Shown here one piece after another: positions 17,895-24,127 of a DNA stretch of 24,127 nt. Location of the stretch: positions 1 to 24,127 of the forward strand of contig JAYTGZ010000044.1 in the NCBI GenBank assembly GCA_043733025.1, written 5' to 3'. Position 1 is the stretch's first letter. Each line of letters begins with the position of its first letter. The stretch comes from Pseudomonadota bacterium. Lineage in GTDB: Bacteria; Pseudomonadota; Gammaproteobacteria; Burkholderiales; JALYOK01. Below the pieces are notes generated by a model. It did no database searches. It saw only the letters and a list, made by a program, of their open reading frames with translations, and had not been told where the DNA came from. Position numbers and translations under genes: made by a program.

Positions 17895-18572
17895 ATGAGA
17901 TTTTTGGATTCATTTAAACACCTGTCTTCGGCCCCGTTGTCGCGTTTTAAAACGCTGGTGTTCGTTGCCTCGCTGGCGCCGTTTCTGCTGTTGGCATTAC
18001 GCGGGTTCAACTCCTGGCAGGGGCGATCGTTCAATTTGGGGGCGAATCCGATTGAGTTCATTACTCGGGATCTAGGCGATTGCATCTTGATATTCTTGAT
18101 GATCACCTTGGCGGTCACGCCCGTACGGCGGCTCACGGGCTGGCAATGGCTGATCAAACTGCGTCGCATGCTGGGGCTGTTCGCGTTCTTTTATGCCAGC
18201 CTGCACTTCGTCACCTATATCTGGCTCGATCAGTTCTTTGATTTGCAGGATATGGTCAAAGACGTGATCAAGCGACCATTCATCACGGTCGGTTTTCTGG
18301 CCTTCGTCTGCCTCATACCCCTCGCGGCGACCTCGACCAACAACATGGTGCGCCGGCTCGGGGGCAAGCGCTGGCAGGCCTTGCAAAGGCTGGTCTACGC
18401 CATCGCCATTCTCGGCGTGGTGCACTATTGGTGGCTGGTCAAGCGTGACCTCCGCGAGCCGCTGCTTTATGCCGGAATATTGGCCGTGTTGTTGGGCGTG
18501 CGCATTTATTGGAGGCTGCAAAAGCGCGCCAAAACACCGTCGTCCGGGGCAACGCTGCCGCAGCGAATTTAG
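17895..18572 (+). CDS. msrQ: MsrQ heme-binding membrane subunit
   Basis: LGANP, LAVTP.R, RRMLGLFAFFYA.LH, KRPFITVG, LA.TS, LVY....L..VHYWW. Confidence 0.93.
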   Translation: MRFLDSFKHLSSAPLSRFKTLVFVASLAPFLLLALRGFNSWQGRSFNLGANPIEFITRDLGDCILIFLMITLAVTPVRRLTGWQWLIKLRRMLGLFAFFYASLHFVTYIWLDQFFDLQDMVKDVIKRPFITVGFLAFVCLIPLAATSTNNMVRRLGGKRWQALQRLVYAIAILGVVHYWWLVKRDLREPLLYAGILAVLLGVRIYWRLQKRAKTPSSGATLPQRI

Positions 18573-18603
18573 CTTTACTGCGATTGAACTACCGAATTGG
18601 AGT

Positions 18604-18650
18604 CGCCGCCACTCGACTGCGCAGTACCTCCGCGCAATCGAGTGGCGGCG
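18604..18650. terminator. Strong hairpin between convergent msrQ and the histone-like gene; possible bidirectional terminator
   Basis: Perfect 13-bp arms CGCCGCCACTCGA and TCGAGTGGCGGCG plus an inner TGCGC/GCGCA pair; only TTT follows. Confidence 0.5.
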
Positions 18651-18665
18651 TTTCGCCGGTAAGCC

Positions 18666-19058
18666 TTAAGAGAAGATAGGCTTGATCAGCGGAGCGGGGG
18701 CCATCGGCGAGGCCATGGGCTTTTTCGCCGCAGGCTTCTTGGCAGCGGGTTTCCTCGGCGCCGCTTTTTTTGCCGGTGCTGTCTTGGCCGTTGTTTTCTT
18801 CGCCGCGGGTTTGTTGACCGCAGGCTTCTTCACCGCGGCTTTTTTCGCTGCCGGCTTCTTGGCTATCGCTTTCTTCTGGGCTGCAGGTTTTTTCGCTGCT
18901 GGTTTCTTTGCCGCTGCTTTCTTAGCCGCGGGCTTTTTCGCCGCGGGCGCCTTAGCAACGGGCTTTTTCGCAGCCGGTTTCTGAGCTACCGCTTTCTTGG
19001 CTACGGGTTTCTTAGCGGCGGGCTTCTTTGCCGCGGGTTTCTTTGCTGCTGTTGCCAT
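18666..19058 (-). CDS. Histone H1-like Lys/Ala/Pro repeat DNA-binding protein (130 aa)
   Basis: ATG 19058 with an AGGAG RBS; 12 AAKK repeats, mostly PAAKK; no Asp or Glu; resembles Hc2/AlgP-type repeats. Confidence 0.85.
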   Translation of the reverse strand: MATAAKKPAAKKPAAKKPVAKKAVAQKPAAKKPVAKAPAAKKPAAKKAAAKKPAAKKPAAQKKAIAKKPAAKKAAVKKPAVNKPAAKKTTAKTAPAKKAAPRKPAAKKPAAKKPMASPMAPAPLIKPIFS

Positions 19059-19287
19059 ATTTAAACTCCTTAATAAAGTTTTATACCGTATGGTCTGTGA
19101 AGACTCGTGCAATGCTGCCTACACGACCAAGCGCATCGGTGAGCGAATCGATAGAGCGAGGACAACAACTGCGACCACCATCACCACTAGCGATATTTAT
19201 CCTGGTGCTTGAATTCTATTGCAAGCGTTTTAGAAATGCACAGAAAATCAATGTTTTCGCGCATCTTTTTTGCATGATTTCTATTTG

Positions 19288-19310
19288 ATTAGTATCGAGT
19301 CGATACTAAT
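19288..19310. promoter_or_regulatory. Palindromic operator, distal copy
   Basis: ATTAGTATCGA-G-TCGATACTAAT (11-1-11); 19289-19311 is identical to 21056-21078. Confidence 0.75.
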
Positions 19311-19389
19311 TGATGTAAGTGTGCGGTTTTTGTATGACGACCGCGGCCTAGGTCCGGGGTGAGTTTCTTTTTGCGCCGATAGGGTCAAA

Positions 19390-20646
19390 CTAGGGAAGCA
19401 ATTTTTCATGCGCGTAGAGGTCCGGCACGCTTTCCCTGGCGCGAATGAGATGAGCGGTCGCGCCTTCGATCATGATCTCGACCGGGCGCGGGCGGGTGTT
19501 GTAGTTGGAGCTCATGACGCTGCCATATGCCCCCGCCGACAACACCGCCAGGAGATCGCCCGGCTCGAGGGCGAGCGTGCGCGCGCGGGCGAGAAAGTCC
19601 CCGCTCTCGCACACCGGTCCGACGATATCGTAGCGGGCCAACGGGGTCCCGGGCCGCGGCTTTACCGCCGCCACTTCGTGGTAAGCATCGTACAGGGCGG
19701 GGCGGATGAGGTCGTTCATCGCCGCATCGACGATGGCGAAGCGCCGTTCGCCGCCTTGCTTTACGTACTCGACCTTAGTCAGAAGCAAGCCGGCGTTGCC
19801 GACGAATGAACGTCCCGGTTCGAAGATGAGTTGGTGATCGCGGCCTTCGAGGCGGGCGTTGAGCGCCGCAGCGTAGTCGCTAAGTGTGATCGGTTCCTCG
19901 TCCTTATAGCGGATGCCGATGCCGCCGCCGAGGTCGATGTGATGGAGGGAGATGCCGTCGCTCGCCAGCTCGTCCACCAGTTGCAGCACCTTGTCCAGCG
20001 CATCGGCAAACGGGGCGATGTCGATAATCTGGGAGCCGATATGGCAATCGATGCCGACGATATCGATGCCGGGAAGCGCGCGCGCCTTACGGTAAAGCGC
20101 GCGCGCTTCCTCGAAGGCGATACCGAATTTGTTCTCTTTCAAACCGGTCGCAATATAAGGATGGGTCTTTGGATCCACGTCCGGATTGACGCGCAGCGAT
20201 ACCGGCGCCCGCACCCCAAGCTCCTGGGCGAGCGCGGTGAGGCGCATCAACTCCGGTTCCGATTCGACATTGAAGCAAAGAATGTTATGCCGTAACGCGG
20301 CACGCATCTCCTCGACGCGCTTGCCGACGCCGGAGAAAACGATCTTGCGCGGATCGCCGCCCGCTGCGAGAACGCGCGCCAATTCACCTTCCGAGACGAT
20401 GTCGAAACCCGCGCCCAGCTTAGCGAACAGCCCCAGGATCGCGAGGTTGGAGTTGGCCTTTACCGCGTAACAGACCAAGATATCGCGCCCGGCAAAGGCG
20501 GCCATGAAGTCGAGATAGGCTCGCGTCAGGGCGGCTTTTGAGTAGACGTAACTCGGTGTTCCAAACGTTGCGGCGATCTGCGCGAGCGGTAGATCTTCGA
20601 CGTAAAGCTCGTTGTCGACGGACCGAACCATGGCGGGGAGAATCAT
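19390..20646 (-). CDS. lysA: Diaminopimelate decarboxylase
   Basis: YAVKAN (PLP lysine), HIGSQ, GGGIG, EPGR, CESGD, GAYGSVMSSNYN; ATGA overlap with the lptM stop. Confidence 0.97.
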   Translation of the reverse strand: MILPAMVRSVDNELYVEDLPLAQIAATFGTPSYVYSKAALTRAYLDFMAAFAGRDILVCYAVKANSNLAILGLFAKLGAGFDIVSEGELARVLAAGGDPRKIVFSGVGKRVEEMRAALRHNILCFNVESEPELMRLTALAQELGVRAPVSLRVNPDVDPKTHPYIATGLKENKFGIAFEEARALYRKARALPGIDIVGIDCHIGSQIIDIAPFADALDKVLQLVDELASDGISLHHIDLGGGIGIRYKDEEPITLSDYAAALNARLEGRDHQLIFEPGRSFVGNAGLLLTKVEYVKQGGERRFAIVDAAMNDLIRPALYDAYHEVAAVKPRPGTPLARYDIVGPVCESGDFLARARTLALEPGDLLAVLSAGAYGSVMSSNYNTRPRPVEIMIEGATAHLIRARESVPDLYAHEKLLP

Positions 20647-20759
20647 TTTTTTTGTTCTTTTTGCGTGGTGTTGCCGGATTCGGGCAATGTGAGCGGGCCC
20701 TTGAGGCCGCAGCCAGCCAGCACAAGGGCGACGATCGCTAGCCTAATTGCATGGGCCAT
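20643..20759 (-). CDS. lptM: Small lipoprotein LptM/LppL/YifL (38 aa), missed by the ORF track
   Basis: Manual translation MAHAIRLAIVALVLAGCGLKGPLTLPESGNTTQKEQKK; lipobox LAGC followed by G.KGPL.LP; conserved position upstream of lysA. Confidence 0.88.
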   Translation of the reverse strand: MAHAIRLAIVALVLAGCGLKGPLTLPESGNTTQKEQKK

Positions 20760-20788
20760 AGTATGCTCATCAAAGAAATCGAGCTCCA

Positions 20789-20797
20789 ATGTTATCA
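20789..20797 (-). promoter_or_regulatory. Possible extended -10 promoter for lptM-lysA
   Basis: TG-A-TAACAT on the minus strand, 30 bp before ATG 20759. Confidence 0.35.
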
Positions 20798-20953
20798 CAG
20801 CGCCAGCGCACGATTCGCCGTGAGAAGACGCAGTAATTTCGCGCGAAATCGCCGCAAGAAATTACTAATGATGCTGGAGAGCCGCATGGATACTAGCTCT
20901 CCGGGCGGTGAGTGATTTTAGGCGAGACCGCCGGAATCGGCCTGGCGGCGGCG

Positions 20954-20980
20954 AAAAATCGGATCGAAACCGATTTTTTC
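20954..20980. terminator. Terminator-like hairpin with A/T tracts on both sides
   Basis: AAAAATCGG-ATCGAAA-CCGATTTTTT. Confidence 0.4.
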
Positions 20981-21009
20981 ATAATATTCAGTGAGATAGA
21001 ATCGTGATC

Positions 21010-21024
21010 GTATCGAGTCGATAC
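21010..21024. promoter_or_regulatory. Palindromic operator, marR-upstream copy 1
   Basis: GTATCGA-G-TCGATAC (7-1-7). Confidence 0.75.
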
Positions 21025-21055
21025 CATTGTTTTGATAGAATTCATGTTTGATAAT

Positions 21056-21076
21056 TTAGTATCGAGTCGATACTAA
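21056..21076. promoter_or_regulatory. Palindromic operator, marR-upstream copy 2
   Basis: TTAGTATCGA-G-TCGATACTAA (10-1-10); overlaps a possible TTGATA-N17-TACTAA promoter and ends 17 bp before the ATG. Confidence 0.8.
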
Positions 21077-21093
21077 TTAAGGGCTATCCAGTC

Positions 21094-21663
21094 ATGCTCA
21101 AGAATCCGGTGGTGATGTTGCAGTTGGTGGAGCGTTTGGGGAATCTGATCCGCGCGGAGATGCGTCGCGTGATCGGTCAAGAAGGGCTCCAGCCGGTGCA
21201 CTTAGAGGCGATGCTGTTTCTCAATCAGGCCAACCGCTTCAGCAACACCCCCCAGTCGTTGGCCGAATTTCTCGGTGTGACCAAGGGCACGGTGTCCCAA
21301 AGTTTACTGCTATTGGACCGGCGTGGGCTCGTCGAACGCTACCAGGACGAGGTCGATCGACGCGTCGTGCGCCTGCGCTTGAGTCAGCAGGGGGAACAAA
21401 TGCTCGCGGAGATGCAGCCGGCGTCCCTATGGCAATCGGCCACCCGCAACATTAGCGCTAACCGTATCCGCAATGGCGTAGCGGCCCTGCGCGAGACCCT
21501 TTATATGCTGCAAAGTTACAACGGCGCCCGCACCTTCGGCGTCTGCAATACCTGCATCTACTGTCAGCGTAAGAGCCAGCGCACCCACCATTGCGCACTG
21601 TTCGCCGAACGGCTGTCGGGGCCGGAAACGCGCTTGGTGTGCCGGGAACACGTACCGAAGTAG
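21094..21663 (+). CDS. MarR-family winged-helix regulator with a C-terminal Cys/His-rich domain
   Basis: LAEFLGVTKGTVSQSL..LDRRGLVER..DE.DRRVVRL.LS; C-terminus CNTCIYC-x9-C-x15-CREH. Confidence 0.9.
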   Translation: MLKNPVVMLQLVERLGNLIRAEMRRVIGQEGLQPVHLEAMLFLNQANRFSNTPQSLAEFLGVTKGTVSQSLLLLDRRGLVERYQDEVDRRVVRLRLSQQGEQMLAEMQPASLWQSATRNISANRIRNGVAALRETLYMLQSYNGARTFGVCNTCIYCQRKSQRTHHCALFAERLSGPETRLVCREHVPK

Positions 21664-21670
21664 TCGGCGT

Positions 21671-21921
21671 AGGTTTGTTGAAAAACTACTGCGGCGCCCG
21701 TCTGGGGGATCGCCTACGGGGTAGCCCTAGGCTAGCCACTGGCCTAGGGCCAGGGCCACGTCGTTGCGCGGCGCTCGGAATCCTCATGTACCTTAGGGAA
21801 CCTCTGATTAAGTCCAACGCGAGCCGCGATGGACTTAATCAGAGGTTCCCAAGTACATTCCGGTTCCTGCGCGCCGCGCGCCTAGCGTCCGGGCATCCTC
21901 GCTACGTTTTTCAACAAACCT
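21671..21921. mobile_element. Family-1 MITE-like element, copy D (251 bp, composite)
   Basis: Perfect 16-bp TIR AGGTTTGTTGAAAAAC and GTTTTTCAACAAACCT; followed by a TTAG containing the argH stop; carries two inserted modules. Confidence 0.85.
21796..21850. repeat. Nested hairpin mini-element inside copy D
   Basis: Perfect 20-bp inverted arms GGGAACCTCTGATTAAGTCC around a 15-nt, partly paired spacer. Confidence 0.85.
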
Positions 21922-23322
21922 TTAGGGAGTGCTTAGTTTCGCCTTTGCCCGCTTAATAGCGGCGCGAACTTGATCCGGCGCCGTGCCGCCGATGTGATTG
22001 CGAGCGGCCAGCGAGCCTTCCGGCGTCAGAAGTGCTAAAGCGTCCTGCTCGATCAAGGGCGAAAAACCGCGCAATGTCGTCAGCGGCAAGGCGCTCAAAT
22101 CGCATCGCTGTGCCTCTGCCACGCGCACGGCGCGCGCGACGATTTCATGTGCGTCGCGGAACGGGACGCCTTTTTTGACCAGATAGTCCGCCAGGTCCGT
22201 CGCGGTCGCGTGGCCTTCCATCGCCGCCTTGCGCATGGCCTCGGGATAAACCGTGACCTCTTTCAGCATGTCGGCGAAGATGGTTAGGGTCATCAGCAGC
22301 GTGTCGACGGTGTCGAACAGTGGCTCTTTGTCCTCTTGATTGTCCTTATTGTAGGCCAGCGGCTGGCCCTTCATCAGGGTCAGGAGGGCGATTAAATGGC
22401 CGTTGACCCGACCCGTTTTGCCGCGCGCGAGTTCGGCGACATCGGGGTTTTTCTTTTGCGGCATGATGCTTGAGCCGGTGCAAAACTGATCCGCCAATTC
22501 GATAAAGCGAAAGCGCGGACTCATCCACAGGATCAATTCTTCCGACAACCGGGAGAGGTGAGTCATGACGATGGCGGCGGTGGCGCAGAATTCGATGGCG
22601 AAATCGCGGTCGGACACAGCGTCCAGCGAATTTTCGCAGACGCCCTCGAACCCTAGTTCCTTCGCGACGAACTCGCGGTCGATGGGAAAGCTGGTTCCGG
22701 CCAGCGCCGCCGCGCCGAGGGGCAGCCGGTTCACCCGCTTGCGACTATCCACGAGCCGTTCGCGATCCCGCTCCAGCATCTCGAAATAGGCCATGAGATG
22801 GTGGCCGAAGGTCACAGGCTGCGCCACTTGCAGGTGGGTGAAGCCAGGCATCAGGGTCGCGGCATGGACCTCGGCCATAGCGACGATGGAGCATTGCAGG
22901 TGTTTGATCGCGGCGACGATCCGATCAATAGCATCGCGAACGAACAGGCGGATGTCCGTCGCGACTTGGTCGTTGCGCGAGCGGCCGGTGTGCAGCCGCT
23001 TGCCGGCGTCGCCGGCCAACTCCGTTAATCGCTTCTCGATGTTGAGGTGAACGTCTTCCTGGTCGATGCACCAGACAAACTTTCCGGCACGGATGTCGGC
23101 AAGAATTTCCGCCATGCCCCGTTCGATGGCGGCGAGGTCCGCTTGGCTGATAATGGCTTGCTTTGCCAACATGCGCGCATGGGCGAGGGAGCCTTGAATA
23201 TCGAATTCCGCCAGGCGCTGATCGAACTCCACCGAGGCCGTGTAACGCTTGACCAATTCCGCAACAGGTTGCGAAAAGCGTCCAGACCAAGCTTTCGGTA
23301 AATCGTCTTGTTGACCGGACAT
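21922..23322 (-). CDS. argH: Argininosuccinate lyase
   Basis: [49 protein letters not shown]. Confidence 0.97.
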   Translation of the reverse strand: MSGQQDDLPKAWSGRFSQPVAELVKRYTASVEFDQRLAEFDIQGSLAHARMLAKQAIISQADLAAIERGMAEILADIRAGKFVWCIDQEDVHLNIEKRLTELAGDAGKRLHTGRSRNDQVATDIRLFVRDAIDRIVAAIKHLQCSIVAMAEVHAATLMPGFTHLQVAQPVTFGHHLMAYFEMLERDRERLVDSRKRVNRLPLGAAALAGTSFPIDREFVAKELGFEGVCENSLDAVSDRDFAIEFCATAAIVMTHLSRLSEELILWMSPRFRFIELADQFCTGSSIMPQKKNPDVAELARGKTGRVNGHLIALLTLMKGQPLAYNKDNQEDKEPLFDTVDTLLMTLTIFADMLKEVTVYPEAMRKAAMEGHATATDLADYLVKKGVPFRDAHEIVARAVRVAEAQRCDLSALPLTTLRGFSPLIEQDALALLTPEGSLAARNHIGGTAPDQVRAAIKRAKAKLSTP

Positions 23323-23347
23323 GAAAAAAGCTGCTTAAAATAGAAGG

Positions 23348-24127
23348 ATGGCAAGTATAAATCAAAACCCGCTGCCCTCTACACTGCCGGATTTCTGCAA
23401 CCTGGGTGTGATGCTGCGGGTAATTTTGATCGTAAACGCGATGGGTGTCTTGGCGGGCGTCGCACGCAATCCAACCTGGCCGGGCTGGTGGCAGGAGTTT
23501 TTGCCGATCGCGGTATTCATCCAGCCGGGGCTGCTGGCCAGCCTCATACTGCTGTGCGGATTGCGCCAATTGCTCGCCCGCCGGCCTTATCGGGAGTATG
23601 TTTTCGCGGTCTTCGTTCTTGAAATTCTCATCGGTGTGGCGATGTTTATCGGGATACGGGAACTCATGCCTGGCGATACCTTCCTGTCGATCACGGCGGT
23701 GCTGGCGTTCGTGATATGGGCGACTGGGATCGTCCTGTTCTATCTCAATTTGCGCAGCCGCGCGCTGTCGCCTGCTTTCACAGAGGCCCGGCTGCAGGCA
23801 TTGCAAGCTCGGATCCGGCCCCATTTCCTGTTCAACAGCCTCACCGCGGTGTTGAGTTTGATGCGGGCGGATCCGCGCCGGGCCGAGCGGGTGTTGGAGG
23901 ATTTGGCTGATCTGTTTCGCGTCCTGATGGGCGATAACCGGCAACTCGTACCATTGCAATCGGAATTCGTTCTGTGCCGCCAGTATCTTGAACTTGAGCA
24001 ACTCCGGCTGGGGGATCGTCTTAAAGTAGCGTGGCACATCGATAAAATGCCGGACGACGCGTTGGTCCCGCCCCTGATCCTGCAACCGCTATTGGAAAAC
24101 GCCGTTTATCATGGCATCGAGCCCTCG
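23348..24127 (+). CDS. algZ: LytS/AlgZ(FimS)-type sensor histidine kinase; 3' end lies outside the window (absent from the ORF track)
   Basis: Manual translation MASINQN.LP..LPDFCNLG..., TM region, LQARIRPHFLFNSL, YLELEQLRLG.RL, LQPLLENAVYHG; divergent from argH as at the argH/algZ-algR locus. Confidence 0.8.
   Translation, partial: MASINQNPLPSTLPDFCNLGVMLRVILIVNAMGVLAGVARNPTWPGWWQEFLPIAVFIQPGLLASLILLCGLRQLLARRPYREYVFAVFVLEILIGVAMFIGIRELMPGDTFLSITAVLAFVIWATGIVLFYLNLRSRALSPAFTEARLQALQARIRPHFLFNSLTAVLSLMRADPRRAERVLEDLADLFRVLMGDNRQLVPLQSEFVLCRQYLELEQLRLGDRLKVAWHIDKMPDDALVPPLILQPLLENAVYHGIEPS

Noticed and set aside
18682-18984. Hydrophobic FFAAG-repeat ORFs on the plus strand
   Set aside because: Simply the reverse complement of the KKPAA repeats; RBS and composition support the minus-strand gene
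19216-19275. 19-aa minus-strand ORF MQKRCAKTLIFCAFLKRLQ just downstream of the distal operator
   Set aside because: No RBS or homology evidence and short enough to be chance; ribosome profiling would settle it
20893-20982. 29-aa minus-strand ORF MKKSVSIRFFAAAR... divergent from marR
   Set aside because: No RBS, and it runs through hairpin or repeat-like sequence; likely spurious
4354-21921. Repeats as a CRISPR array or integron attC sites
   Set aside because: The copies are dispersed singly, have terminal inverted repeats and no regular spacers; no cas or integrase gene is present
23323-23347. ArgR ARG boxes upstream of argH
   Set aside because: No convincing tandem 18-bp ARG-box match in the 25-bp gap
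22925-24085. 386-aa minus-strand ORF
   Set aside because: Antisense to the well-supported algZ-like kinase and overlapping argH out of frame
1-24127. Autonomous transposase, tRNA or rRNA genes
   Set aside because: No ORF with DDE or HUH motifs and no cloverleaf or rRNA signature was recognised

Overview
A GC-rich chromosomal window, probably from a Betaproteobacterium (inferred from gene order). It holds mostly core genes: htpX (partial), rsmB, DUF4390, ntrY, ntrX, a KimA/KUP-like transporter, an atypical class A PBP, a rhodanese, aroE, mtgA, mgtE, a membrane diguanylate cyclase, msrP, msrQ, a histone H1-like protein, lysA, lptM, a Cys-rich MarR regulator, argH and an algZ/fimS-like kinase (partial). 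The unusual signal is intergenic. First, a palindromic operator (GTATCGA-G-TCGATAC core) occurs twice in front of the MarR gene and once about 1.7 kb away, upstream of the histone H1-like gene, which suggests a redox- or metal-sensing regulator controlling a nucleoid-compacting protein. Second, there is a dense, modular family of non-autonomous MITE-like elements (four clear copies, one diverged relative and a second family). They sit at TTAG/CTAG stop-codon sites and carry nested smaller hairpin modules. No transposase, CRISPR array, tRNA or rRNA was seen. All family assignments come from motif recognition, not database searches.
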